Of a DNA stretch of 64,000 bases, positions 31,101-40,765 are shown in pieces. The DNA comes from Spirochaetia bacterium. GTDB taxonomy: Bacteria; Spirochaetota; Spirochaetia; UBA9216. The position numbers and the translations under genes are program-made. The stretch is taken from positions 448,001-512,000 of the forward strand of contig OZ223264.1 in NCBI GenBank assembly GCA_965140585.1, written 5' to 3'. Each line of letters opens with the position of its first letter. The stretch's first letter is position 1. Under the pieces are notes generated by a model. It saw only the letters and a program-made list of their open reading frames with translations, was not told where the DNA came from and did no database searches.

Positions 31101-31459
31101 TTGATGAAAAAGGCTGGCCGGCAGTCTATGCCGAAGCACTGCGAATATCCGACGGTTTTTTTGTCTCTGATGTATGGGGGGCCGCAGGGACAGCTTTAAA
31201 TATTGAGTCGGAACTTGCCTTTACCCTGCTGACTGAGCACGAGGGCAGGGAGATAACGGTAAACGGAATTATGGACCTTGTAATTGAGCTTGCCGACAGG
31301 GTTATTATTGTTGATTTCAAGACGGACCGCTACTGTCTGCCGGAGGAATACAGTACCCAGATGAAGCTTTACGTCAGGGCTGCCCGGAGTATTTATTCCA
31401 AACCGGCTGAATGCAGGCTTTTCTACCTGCGTGATGCGGTTGAAATTGTATCAGCCTGA
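28184..31459 (+). CDS. addA: AddA/RexA UvrD-type helicase-nuclease
   Basis: AGAGSGKT, TFTRKAA, IDEFQD, VGDEKQSIY.FRGA, NYRS, H.SKGLEF, YVALTRA and VDFKT motifs. Confidence 0.9.
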   Translation: MKPDIYQQAVIDSNTNSVVSAGAGSGKTTVLALRFLRLVAEGRADVSEILTLTFTRKAAAEMYERIYRLMSSEPSNQRVADAAASFDKAVISTLDSFCSRIARDCCGMFGIAPGFVTDESLASELSGAAGLEFILSHREDRALTEFIYINGFEKVWHEYFEWLSSACFSIGNPLDFSDIFQKQMHTAENDLKTAVRRLSEFTANAAALEPVTESMKTAAASLPDMEIIAELTANADFSGLLKYLATVKTEKPRGASKKEEFVSFKEYVDEIRDFLSVISEITGMLDSRELIEKLFALTQEFQTQLFRKKRLSGILSFGDVQSIAVEGLKQDKNLRRYYKSLFRFIMIDEFQDNNSVQKDLLYLLAEKEGQEADGIPGTADLDPGKLFFVGDEKQSIYMFRGADVSVFKQLSSELAEAGGQALSLKRNYRSDPGLIGFFNKVFSNAMSESSEDYQAAFEALEPGLSPLDKAPDIRLLYKSWNQSPEEDDVHHDEAEAWSIAEYIKKTLGVLDVSEKGELRKAAYRDYAVLFRSGANQKTYEKVFRAMSIPYDVHSTRTLFQEAPVNDIYSFLQICLYPQDRAASAAVIRSPFMNLSDKSFISLMLSENPLFTEGNEDLCSSGDDLLKYRTAAPLYSEISSSLDRVPLADIVSSLWFKSGYRYILLANPEYSGYLEYFDYLRTLAAQADERSETAAVFLDYLRENLGEYRKVNDLNILKYSTGGVRMMPVHQSKGLEFPIVIIANSGNTGMNDTGSSMPACISDKYGLSFNLVAPDTSGKGRARCNYFYTLGKNERKAREEAELRRLFYVALTRAGNHLVISGCHGRQNRNSPASMLNIFLASAGMSYETVFDADQDLFTVEEIRDRKWFERTEAGAAKSPDDAMVISQYRQKAPLDFSRPKYQYSATGLNAELNTQAAYSDENMLSELGEPASSIIAESGLEAAFGTLCHRIIEYRIKKADYGSTELQPQFAGIDEKGWPAVYAEALRISDGFFVSDVWGAAGTALNIESELAFTLLTEHEGREITVNGIMDLVIELADRVIIVDFKTDRYCLPEEYSTQMKLYVRAARSIYSKPAECRLFYLRDAVEIVSA

Positions 31460-31464
31460 AAATT

Positions 31465-32454
31465 ATGTTAGAATCCATATCAATGAGTGAAGAGAGCGGA
31501 TTAACATTTAGTGAAGCTTCTGAAGTCCTTAACCGTCTGGTTGAGGAGGCATCAAGGGTAATCAAGGGAAAGAGAGAGTTTCTTGAGTATCTTGTAACGG
31601 CTGCCGCCTCCGGCGGACATGTCCTTGTTGAGGATATGCCGGGACTGGGGAAAACAACCGCCGCGAAGACCCTTGCCTCTCTGATAGATACATCGGAGAG
31701 TGATTTCCCGGGCTTCAGCAGGATTCAGTTTACGCCCGACCTGCTTCCCTATGATATAACCGGTGTTGATGTTTTTCACCCCGAGTCGGGCAGCTTCAAT
31801 TTCGCGCACGGACCGGTGTTCACCTCCATCCTGCTTGCTGATGAAATAAACCGTACAACTCCGAAGGTTCAGTCTGCCCTGCTTGAGGTTATGGCCGAGC
31901 ATCAGGTTACAGTAGGCGGAAAAACACACAGCCTGGGTGAATTCTTTTTCGTAATGGCAACTCAGAACCCCGTTGAAATAGAAGGAACATATACCCTTCC
32001 GGCCGCCCAGCTTGACCGGTTTTTGATGAGACTGTCGATAGGCTATCCGGATGCTGAATCAGAGTTTCTTATCGTTACCGAAGATCCTTCAGTTAAAACA
32101 ATCCCTTCACTCAGCCCGGTCTGCACAGGAAAGACAATAACTGCAGTCCAGAATACGGCCGGGGAGATCTACTGTCATCCCGAACTCATAAAAGCGGTTA
32201 TTTCAGCCGTTTCACAGACCAGGGCAAAAAAAGAAATAGAACTGGGCGCCTCACCGAGGGGCTCACTCATGCTGATAAAATCGGCAAAGGCTCTCGCGCT
32301 GCTCCGCGGAAGAGACCATGTTGTCGATCAGGATATCATTGACCTCGCAGTACCTGTTCTCGCGCACAGGATAGTAATGAAAAAGAGGGAAAGTGGAAGT
32401 CGCGAAATGATAAGGGAACTGATAATTGGCAGTCTTGATAAAATCAATTACTAA
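31465..32454 (+). CDS. moxR: MoxR-family AAA+ ATPase
   Basis: PGLGKT, RIQFTPDLLP, DEINR, ATQNP.E.EGTY.LP.AQLDRF. Confidence 0.94.
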   Translation: MLESISMSEESGLTFSEASEVLNRLVEEASRVIKGKREFLEYLVTAAASGGHVLVEDMPGLGKTTAAKTLASLIDTSESDFPGFSRIQFTPDLLPYDITGVDVFHPESGSFNFAHGPVFTSILLADEINRTTPKVQSALLEVMAEHQVTVGGKTHSLGEFFFVMATQNPVEIEGTYTLPAAQLDRFLMRLSIGYPDAESEFLIVTEDPSVKTIPSLSPVCTGKTITAVQNTAGEIYCHPELIKAVISAVSQTRAKKEIELGASPRGSLMLIKSAKALALLRGRDHVVDQDIIDLAVPVLAHRIVMKKRESGSREMIRELIIGSLDKINY

Positions 32455-32517
32455 AACTGGCACAGGTTTTTTTTTGCCTCGCTGGTATTTCTGATCACTG
32501 GACTTATCCGCATTGAA

Positions 32518-33723
32518 ATGGGAACCATACTGTTGGGCAGCGGGTTTCTCTTTCTTTTTCTTTACTCATTCACCGGAACAGTAATACAGTATCTGACTCT
32601 TAAAAAAAGCATACGGCATGGAATACGGCTTTACGGTCCTGAACTTCCGGTCACCTGCGGCGAAGAAACAATCTTCAGATATGAAGCTATGCCTCCGTCT
32701 TTTCTGATGCCCGGATTCTACTGCAGGCTGACTGCCGAGCTTGCTTGGATGAACAGGCTTATCCGTTTAAGCCGTCCTCTCGGCCCCGGGCAGGAACCTT
32801 CCGGAAGTATAAGCGCAGTCCCGGAACAGAGGGGAGCCTATACCTGCAGCAGCTGCGGTATAGAAACAGGCGATATCCCCGGCTTTTTTAGACTTAAACT
32901 TGAGACCGGCTGTGAGTGTCCGGTTGATGTTAACCTGCTTTCTGAAGTAAATACCATTACTGAAAGACCTCCGGCACGGGGTGGAGTAACATCAGCCAGA
33001 GTCAGTCGGAAAAAGCGCAATGAAGATATGATTGAGTCACGGGCCTACTACCCGGGTGATGATATAAGACGGCTGAACTGGAAGCAGTTTGCCCATTCCG
33101 GTGAGCTGTTTATCCGGATAGGCGAGGAAGTTCCTCTGCCTGAAGAGCGTCTTCTGCTGGTTGCGGATCTAAGCTGCTGCTTTGAACCGGATGGAGAGTA
33201 CCGTGATCTTCTTGATATCTACCTTGATGAGACCGTCGGAAAGCTTATGAGCATGTGCAGACTCTACGGTGATGCCGGGATTGAAGTGAATCTTGCTGTT
33301 TATCCGCAGGCACCTGTTATTCCGACAGAAAAACTGTATCCGGGTCTATGGTGGTCCGCTGCCGGCGCCGGGGAGGCTGTATCAGCAGACAGGCCTGTCT
33401 TTGCAGACAGTTTTAAAAACTGGAATGCCGATAGGCGTTTTAAGAGCGCGGTACTGCTTACAACTGCTGTCACAAGGGATGCTGCCGGGGTAGCGCGCAG
33501 AATGAATAAGGCAGGCCTTGATGTGCATCCGGTGATCAGTCTTAAGGCCGGAGACAGCAGGGACTACAAACGCAGCCTGCTTAGCTCTGTTCTTTTCAGA
33601 AAGCTGGCGGAAGAGAAGCTGGCGGGGAAGCTTAAGCAGCAGAGCCTCTCTGTGAACAGCAGAGCACAGGCTGTCGGAGCGGAATTGTCTGCCGCAGGAG
33701 GCCGATTTGTCAGGTTTTTCTAA
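32518..33723 (+). CDS. DUF58 domain protein (true start possibly TTG 32435, split by a T9 run)
   Basis: RAYYPGDDIRRLNWK motif; lies between moxR and the transglutaminase gene. Confidence 0.85.
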   Translation: MGTILLGSGFLFLFLYSFTGTVIQYLTLKKSIRHGIRLYGPELPVTCGEETIFRYEAMPPSFLMPGFYCRLTAELAWMNRLIRLSRPLGPGQEPSGSISAVPEQRGAYTCSSCGIETGDIPGFFRLKLETGCECPVDVNLLSEVNTITERPPARGGVTSARVSRKKRNEDMIESRAYYPGDDIRRLNWKQFAHSGELFIRIGEEVPLPEERLLLVADLSCCFEPDGEYRDLLDIYLDETVGKLMSMCRLYGDAGIEVNLAVYPQAPVIPTEKLYPGLWWSAAGAGEAVSADRPVFADSFKNWNADRRFKSAVLLTTAVTRDAAGVARRMNKAGLDVHPVISLKAGDSRDYKRSLLSSVLFRKLAEEKLAGKLKQQSLSVNSRAQAVGAELSAAGGRFVRFF

Positions 33724-36700
33724 AAACGAAGCTCTTGTTTTTACTTTCCGCGTCACTGCCCAGTTCGTTCTGATTATAATAGGCTTCCGGTTTCTTTATG
33801 ATATAGCATCTCCTGTGATTTTTATTTCCGGCTTTGCCGCTGCAGCCGTCGGAGGTTTTCTCGGCGGCCGGAGCAGTCTGCGTTTTGTATCTGCTTTACT
33901 CGGGGCTGGAGCCCTGTTCTTTATAATCAGGTTTATCTATATCTTTATTTCAGACCGTTTTGCCGCGGCGTCTTTAAATCCGGCATATGATTTTGGCGGG
34001 ATCTTTTTTGATTCGTCTTTTATACCGCTCTTTATCCCGATGCTGTATATATGGGCAGGCGGTTTTCTTTCATCCCGCGGCCGGATATTTCTTATTCTCG
34101 AACTGGCAGCGAACTCGCTAATTCTTTCTGCTCTTCTCTGGTCTCAGGCCGGATATAGACTGACAATTTTCCCCCATCAGGGCTACCTTGCGCTTATCTG
34201 TGTTATTTATATCATAGCAGAGGTTCTTGTGATTGTTTTTTCCGGTCCGGAGGGGGAGACCGCTTTTATTCAGCGCTTTCTGCCCTTTCTTCTTACAGTG
34301 ATTCCGGCCATAATTCTTGTTCTGTTTCTGATTCTCGGAAGTTATTCGGATGGTGCAGCCAGAGAAGGCGGGGGATTAATGAAGCCGACTCTCTTCCGCT
34401 TTGACTTTTCAGACTATGTGAAGCTTGAAAGTGAGATTTCAATGAATACCGATCTGGTAATGCTGTTCAGAAACTACGGCTATCTCAATTCGGTGTACCT
34501 GCGGCGCTACTACCTTTCCGGATACCGGGAGGAGCGCGGCTTTTATATCCAGACAGGTCCCGGAGAACAGGAGCAGCTGACTGTGCTGCCCGACAGACCG
34601 TCAGTAACCAATGCCGAGCGCTATCCAAAGCGGATAACCGCCGAGCAGGAATATTTTATTCTTAACTTTGATCCCTCATCACTTATTGCAATCAACTACC
34701 CTGTCGAGATAACACCGCTTACCAACTGGGACGGTTCTTCATTCCTGAGAAATTACCGGGCTGTTTCCGATGCAATTGAACTGCCTTCATGGGATCTCAT
34801 GGATGCGGGAATGCTTCCAATGTCCGACCGGCTGTACAGCTTCTACACTGAATACGGCGATGATGAAGCAATCCGTGAACTTGCGGAAGAGGTGACCGAA
34901 GGCCTGGACCTCTACTACGACAAGGTGATGGCGATAATGTATTATCTGCGTGATAACTATTATTATTCGCTTAAACCCGGCGTAGCTGTCGATGGTAACC
35001 AGCTTGACTACTTTCTCTTCGACAGCAAAAAAGGATACTGTTCATACTTTGCATTTTCAATGGCGCTGATGTGCAGAAGTCTGGGAATCCCTGCCAGGGT
35101 CGCCGCCGGATTTTATATCGATCCCCAGTCCGGTATCCTGAACGTTTACCCTGTAAGGGCTGATATGGCGCACGCCTGGGTTGAAGTCCCCTTTGAGCAA
35201 TTCGGCTGGGTGGAATTTGACCCGACCTCAGAAACTGTGGCTCCCGGTGAAGAGCTTGAGTTCTGTTCGATTAATCCGGATGAATACTCATCATATGTTG
35301 AAGAAATATTTGAAAATGAATACAGCCTTGCAGAGAGTCCTGATGATGAGCCGGATGCTGCTGATACTCATGGGCTCAGCCTTCAGGCTGTTATCCGTTA
35401 CGCGGCTGCAAAGTGGCCCTTTATACTGGCAGGCCTTTATATTTTTACAGTATTGGCCGTACATCTTTCCGCTCTTATAAGAATCAGGTTTAATTCCTGT
35501 CGGAAAAAGGCACGAGCTGTCTTCAGGAGGGCTTCAGCATGGGCTTCGGCTTCCGGGGGCTTCCGTTACTCAGACGAGAGCATTCATGAATATGCAGTGC
35601 GCACAGAATCAAAAACCGGCCTTTGCTTCACCGTTCTTGCGGATTCCTACCTGTCTTCGGTATTTTCCGACAGCTATACTGATGCTGATGCAGAGGCTCT
35701 TGATTCATCATGGAAAGCCTTTCGCATCAGTCTTAAAAATGTTTCTATTTTTAAACGCATCCTTTTTATTCTTTTTCCGTTCCGGAGACTCCGAAGCAAG
35801 CGTATTACAGCCCTCGTTCTTGTTTTAGCCGCGCTGATGCTGCCAGTATCACATTTGGAAGCTCAGGATTTCGTGGATAATTCCCCGGGGGAACAGAGCG
35901 GAGCCGCACCGGATGCCGGCTGGTATATTGATATGGCCGGTAGGGAGATGGATGCTGAAAATTATGAGGCGGCTCTCAGACTGCTTAAAGAAGGGGCTTC
36001 TGAATACCCGCAGAGCGCGGAAATATATACCGAGCTTGGGACACTTTATCAGGATCGTGAATTGTACAACATGTCGGTTGAAAACTATAACCGTGCTCTT
36101 GAAATAAATCCGCTGGATTCTGAAATCCTCTATATGCGTTCGGTTTCAGAGGGGCTGTTAAACCATGATGCCGAGTCGACTGCCAGTCTGGAACAGGTGC
36201 TCAGCCTTGACCCTGAAAATTTCGAAGCCATTGCAGATCTGGGCTGGATGTATTTTAAAACCTTCAGGCTTAATTCCGCAGAGGCTCTTCTTCTGGATGC
36301 TGTTGAACGATTTCCCGATTCCCCCATCCTGTATATGACGCTTGGAACAGTGTATTCGGGCAAGTATGACTATGATAATTCCAGACTGAATTATCAGAAG
36401 GCGATTGATTTAGCTCTTAACGAAGGATGGAGCTACTTTGCCTCGGTTTCCTATTACAATCTGTCGCTGCTTGAACATGGTTTTTATCACTATCAGGAGT
36501 CAATGGATCTTACAAACATGTCAATTGAAACCTCGGAACGTGCACCCGGCTACATTGCCAGAGCTGAGCTGTTCACACGTAAGCTTGATTTTACCAATGC
36601 CTTTCTTAATTATCAGAGGGCTTATATTCTGGACTCTACCCCGCTTGCCCTTATGGGCTATGCTGATCTCTACCTTACCTTCGGCCTGCTTGATGAAGCC

Positions 36701-37615
36701 CTGTCGCACATTAATGAGGTACTCAACCGCAGTGATGATTCATGGATGTACTATTTCGGTGTGGACCGGGACAGGCATCTGATGGAGGTGGACAGAATCC
36801 TTGCGGGGATTTACGAGGGCCTGGCATACCGTACCGAAGGAATGCCGGAGACTGGATTCGCACTGCTGGGGAAGCTGTTCCAGGGTATGAAATACAGGAT
36901 GCTTTCATGGTTTCACGACCGCAGATACCGGAAAGCCTCCTTCACTGTCGGCAGCCAGAATTATGCGGAGGGTAACAGTCTGGATGCAGCATGGTCCTTC
37001 TACAAGGCTGCAGAGAAATATCCGCGAAAGGCGCTTCCCTATCTTCTGCAGGCTGAGAAGATAGAGACCGCTGTAGCTCCGGAGGCCGAACCCTCCTACC
37101 TGCTTGAGAAGGGCAGGCTTTTATCCGACCCGGTGATGCTCAGCACTGCCGCCGGCAGCTTTGATCCCGACTGGGAGAAGCTTGAATTGTCGGAAGCTCT
37201 GACCGAGCTGATCCCTATAGCTGAAGATTCGGGAAGGCCGGAAATGAGCGATGAAATGGCCTGGCAGCTCTATGAACTCAATCCGGGAATTTTTCTCAAA
37301 ACGGATCTGAAATTTCCGCTTCGGCTTGATTTTGAGCCGGGATTCAGGTTCAGACATATCCTTACATCATCAGGTTTTAATATTTTATCAAATAAATCGG
37401 ATATTCATTACAGATATAGCCTGAAGGCTGCCGATAATCTGACCAGTGGCCGTGTATACCAGCTTGAAGACGGGCTTTCAGGAAGAATTCTGTTTTCAAT
37501 TCCAGTAGAAACCGATTTAAGCAGCAGGCGGGATATTACGGCTTTTGTAAAGAAGTTCAAGGAGAAGCTGTACAAAATATCTGATGAAGCGGATGCTGCT
37601 CTACCATATCAATAA
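33707..37615 (+). CDS. Multi-TM transglutaminase-like (TgpA-type) protein fused to a TPR array
   Basis: N-terminal TM helices; GYCSYFA...HAWVE...FDPT triad; C-terminal TPRs. Confidence 0.88.
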   Translation: MSGFSKNEALVFTFRVTAQFVLIIIGFRFLYDIASPVIFISGFAAAAVGGFLGGRSSLRFVSALLGAGALFFIIRFIYIFISDRFAAASLNPAYDFGGIFFDSSFIPLFIPMLYIWAGGFLSSRGRIFLILELAANSLILSALLWSQAGYRLTIFPHQGYLALICVIYIIAEVLVIVFSGPEGETAFIQRFLPFLLTVIPAIILVLFLILGSYSDGAAREGGGLMKPTLFRFDFSDYVKLESEISMNTDLVMLFRNYGYLNSVYLRRYYLSGYREERGFYIQTGPGEQEQLTVLPDRPSVTNAERYPKRITAEQEYFILNFDPSSLIAINYPVEITPLTNWDGSSFLRNYRAVSDAIELPSWDLMDAGMLPMSDRLYSFYTEYGDDEAIRELAEEVTEGLDLYYDKVMAIMYYLRDNYYYSLKPGVAVDGNQLDYFLFDSKKGYCSYFAFSMALMCRSLGIPARVAAGFYIDPQSGILNVYPVRADMAHAWVEVPFEQFGWVEFDPTSETVAPGEELEFCSINPDEYSSYVEEIFENEYSLAESPDDEPDAADTHGLSLQAVIRYAAAKWPFILAGLYIFTVLAVHLSALIRIRFNSCRKKARAVFRRASAWASASGGFRYSDESIHEYAVRTESKTGLCFTVLADSYLSSVFSDSYTDADAEALDSSWKAFRISLKNVSIFKRILFILFPFRRLRSKRITALVLVLAALMLPVSHLEAQDFVDNSPGEQSGAAPDAGWYIDMAGREMDAENYEAALRLLKEGASEYPQSAEIYTELGTLYQDRELYNMSVENYNRALEINPLDSEILYMRSVSEGLLNHDAESTASLEQVLSLDPENFEAIADLGWMYFKTFRLNSAEALLLDAVERFPDSPILYMTLGTVYSGKYDYDNSRLNYQKAIDLALNEGWSYFASVSYYNLSLLEHGFYHYQESMDLTNMSIETSERAPGYIARAELFTRKLDFTNAFLNYQRAYILDSTPLALMGYADLYLTFGLLDEALSHINEVLNRSDDSWMYYFGVDRDRHLMEVDRILAGIYEGLAYRTEGMPETGFALLGKLFQGMKYRMLSWFHDRRYRKASFTVGSQNYAEGNSLDAAWSFYKAAEKYPRKALPYLLQAEKIETAVAPEAEPSYLLEKGRLLSDPVMLSTAAGSFDPDWEKLELSEALTELIPIAEDSGRPEMSDEMAWQLYELNPGIFLKTDLKFPLRLDFEPGFRFRHILTSSGFNILSNKSDIHYRYSLKAADNLTSGRVYQLEDGLSGRILFSIPVETDLSSRRDITAFVKKFKEKLYKISDEADAALPYQ

Positions 37616-39416
37616 AATCCCAGGTTACATTAAGAACGCTGAAATACCTCAGTGGGCAGAGCTGAAGTCTATCGAAAATCTCGAGCAGATAGTTAAAGAA
37701 GAAAATACCGTTACTGCGTTTATTACAACATACCGACAGTTTATTAAACTCAGAAGCAGACTCGGCGAACTTCTCTGCAATGCAAGTGTGCTGATTGCCT
37801 ACCATGACAGGCGTCGTACTGACCTCGACGATGATCCTCTTGTTTTTGATCAGCTCTCAACCCGGAGACTTAAAATATTCCCCCATGTCATTGATAACAT
37901 GTATAAGCGCATGATGATCGAACTGAAGGCGGATGAACTTCAGAAGATAAATAAAAAACTTCTTTCGATCGGAGTAGCTCTATCTGCCGAGCGCGATAAC
38001 AACATCCTGCTTGATGATATCCTGCGTAAAACCCGTGAGATAACAAAGGCTGATGCGGGAAGCCTATATCTCCTAGAAATAAAGCCTGAAGATAACAGTA
38101 AGTGGCTTCTGTTCAAAATTGCGCATAATGATTCAAATCCGAAAGAATACTCTGAATTTAAAATGGAGCTTAATAAGAAATCGATAGCCGGTTATGTTGC
38201 TGAAACCAGTGAAATTCTGAATATTCCGGATGTTTATGAAATATCCGGGGATACTGCCTACTCATTTAACCGGGACTATGATATTGCCACGTCATACCGA
38301 TCAAAGAGTATGCTCACAGTTCCGATGCTCGACCACAACTCCAAGATTATCGGGGTAATCCAGCTTATTAACAGGAAGAAGGATTTTGACTACAGGCTCT
38401 CAACCGACAAGGATTTTACAGATAATGTAATTCCCTTTACCAAAGAGAATGAGGATATAGTTCTCGCACTCGCCGGGCAGGCCGCGGTGTCGCTTGAGAA
38501 CAACATTCTTTACAATGAAATACAGACCCTGTTTAAAGGATTTGTATGGGCTTCGGTAAAGGCTATTGAATCACGGGATCCGACTACAAGCGGTCACTCA
38601 AGCCGTGTTGCCGCATACAGCCTTGCAATAGCCGAAGCTATCAATCAGGACTGCTGCGGTGATTTTGCCGATATAGCCTTTTCTGAAGATCAGCTCAAAG
38701 AGCTTGAGTATGCGGGGCTGCTGCATGATTTCGGCAAGGTAGGTGTCAGTGAGCCAATTCTGATAAAAGCAAAGAAACTCTATCCGGGACAGCTGGAACT
38801 TCTGAAGATGAGATTTGCCTACATCAAAAACCAGCTGATGCAGGAGACCGGCGAGCTTGTCTGGAAAAAGGATATAGACCGGGCGCTTATCACACTCATT
38901 GAAGCGAATGAACCCGGAGTAAGTGTGGAAGAGCTGACGGATGAGCTTGAGGTTTACCGCAGAAGGACATATACAGATGTGGACGGAAAGGTTAAACCAT
39001 GGATTACCAACGAAGAATATGAAATGCTTTTGATTGAAAAGGGTAATCTTAATGAACTTGAACGCCGTGAGATAGAATCGCATGTTGTTCATTCATATGA
39101 GTTTCTTATAAACATTCCCTGGACAGATGCCTTCAAAAACCTTCCGAAAATTGCAAGGGCTCATCATGAAAGAATGGATGGTTCCGGCTATCCGGACGGC
39201 CTTACCGGTGAAGAGATGCCCCTTCAGTCAATGATAATGGCAGTCGCCGACGTATTTGATGCTCTCACCGCAAATGACAGGCCCTATAAACCGGCCATTC
39301 CGGTTAAAACCGCTCTTGATATCCTTAAAGAAGAAGCAGACGCAAACCATCTGAATTCAGATGTTGTAAATATATTTATTGATAAACAAGTTTATAAGCA
39401 GGTCATGGCCAAATGA
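37584..39416 (+). CDS. GAF plus HD-GYP phosphodiesterase
   Basis: GAF (SIAGYVA...SKSMLTVPM...QLINRK), ESRDPTTSGHS, HDFGK and HHERMDGSGYP. Confidence 0.92.
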   Translation: MKRMLLYHINKIPGYIKNAEIPQWAELKSIENLEQIVKEENTVTAFITTYRQFIKLRSRLGELLCNASVLIAYHDRRRTDLDDDPLVFDQLSTRRLKIFPHVIDNMYKRMMIELKADELQKINKKLLSIGVALSAERDNNILLDDILRKTREITKADAGSLYLLEIKPEDNSKWLLFKIAHNDSNPKEYSEFKMELNKKSIAGYVAETSEILNIPDVYEISGDTAYSFNRDYDIATSYRSKSMLTVPMLDHNSKIIGVIQLINRKKDFDYRLSTDKDFTDNVIPFTKENEDIVLALAGQAAVSLENNILYNEIQTLFKGFVWASVKAIESRDPTTSGHSSRVAAYSLAIAEAINQDCCGDFADIAFSEDQLKELEYAGLLHDFGKVGVSEPILIKAKKLYPGQLELLKMRFAYIKNQLMQETGELVWKKDIDRALITLIEANEPGVSVEELTDELEVYRRRTYTDVDGKVKPWITNEEYEMLLIEKGNLNELERREIESHVVHSYEFLINIPWTDAFKNLPKIARAHHERMDGSGYPDGLTGEEMPLQSMIMAVADVFDALTANDRPYKPAIPVKTALDILKEEADANHLNSDVVNIFIDKQVYKQVMAK

Positions 39417-40729
39417 AAGTATTGGGAATTATAAGTTCTGACGGGAACCTTAACAGAAAAATTATGCAGGCTTTTGAGCTAAGCGGGGACAGGTACTATC
39501 GCCTTGAATTTATTTCAAATGATGACGGCATCTATGAATTTATCAACTATGAGCTGCCCGAAATAGTCATAATTAATTTTTCTGATCCCGGTATCAAAGT
39601 GAACGATTTGATTCACCGGCTCGAACAGGATATCTGGCTTCATCATTTTGGAATTATAGGGCTTCATGACCAGGAGCATATTGATGAAGTTGATCTGCTG
39701 AACAAGCTTAAGAATATAAATGTCCTTACCCTCCTGAGCACTTTCAGGCTACGCTCCCATTTGATGAAGAGTGTTGAGATCATCCGGGAGAACTACCAGA
39801 TAATCTTTCAGCGCGGATTTGCGTCGAAGATCATGGAAAGCACCTCCGGATCCTTTTTAATTCCTAATGATATTCTGTCTGTTCCAATTTATGCCGGAAT
39901 TGCCGCGACAACACTCTCCCAGTCCGGTAAGATTGACACAGACTCTAAAATGCACCTTCAGCTGGCACTTGCCGAGCTTATAGTTAACGGAATTGAACAT
40001 GGAAACTGTGAGCTTTCGTATGATGAGAAGACTGTCTTTATGGAAGACGGCGGCAATATTGTTGAACTGATAGCAAGAAAATGCGAAAACACGGAAATTG
40101 CGGCAAAACGGGTTCACCTCGACTGGGAGATGCATAATAACTATACATGTTTTACCATCCGCGATGAGGGAAGGGGTTTTGATGTCTCCGACCTTAATGA
40201 AAAACTCAAAAATCAGGATGAACTGTCCCTTCACGGACGCGGTATCAGAATGGCCATGGCGCTGTGCAGGGAACTATATTATAACAAAACCGGAAATCAG
40301 GTCACGCTCATAATAGACCATGTTGAGCAGGAGGCTCAGCCCTTCCCGATACGGTTTAGAAAAGAAGAGATTCTTGAAGTAGAGAAGGGTGATATAGTTT
40401 TCAGAGAAGGTGAAGAAAGCGACTTTCTTTATTATATAGTTTCCGGTAAATATTATGTCTATCATCGCCGAAAAAAAGTAGGTGAGCTTAATCAAAATGA
40501 TATTTTCATGGGTGAGATGTCATTCCTTCTGAGCAACAAGCGGAACGGTACCATCAAAGCAGCGGAAAAGGGTAAACTCATCAAAATATCGAGAAAGGCT
40601 TTTGTTACCCTTGTTCGTGATTATCCCTATTATGGTATCTTTCTTTCCAGGCTTCTGGCAAAAAGACTTGCCAGATCCAATGATCAGAACGCCCAGCTTA
40701 CGGAGAGACTGAAAAAATTTGAAACTTGA
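39413..40729 (+). CDS. Receiver-like + RsbW-type HATPase + cNMP-binding domain protein
   Basis: ELIVNGIEHGN, IRDEGRGF, HGRGI; C-terminal FREGE..D.LYYIVSG...GEMSFL...R. Confidence 0.85.
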   Translation: MKVLGIISSDGNLNRKIMQAFELSGDRYYRLEFISNDDGIYEFINYELPEIVIINFSDPGIKVNDLIHRLEQDIWLHHFGIIGLHDQEHIDEVDLLNKLKNINVLTLLSTFRLRSHLMKSVEIIRENYQIIFQRGFASKIMESTSGSFLIPNDILSVPIYAGIAATTLSQSGKIDTDSKMHLQLALAELIVNGIEHGNCELSYDEKTVFMEDGGNIVELIARKCENTEIAAKRVHLDWEMHNNYTCFTIRDEGRGFDVSDLNEKLKNQDELSLHGRGIRMAMALCRELYYNKTGNQVTLIIDHVEQEAQPFPIRFRKEEILEVEKGDIVFREGEESDFLYYIVSGKYYVYHRRKKVGELNQNDIFMGEMSFLLSNKRNGTIKAAEKGKLIKISRKAFVTLVRDYPYYGIFLSRLLAKRLARSNDQNAQLTERLKKFET

Positions 40730-40765
40730 TTTTTGCATTGTTTAGTATAAAAGGTTATTAAAAGT

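Noticed and set aside
25446-31459. Novel helicase-nuclease defence system or Cas4
   Set aside because: Architecture and coupling match standard AddAB recombination enzymes
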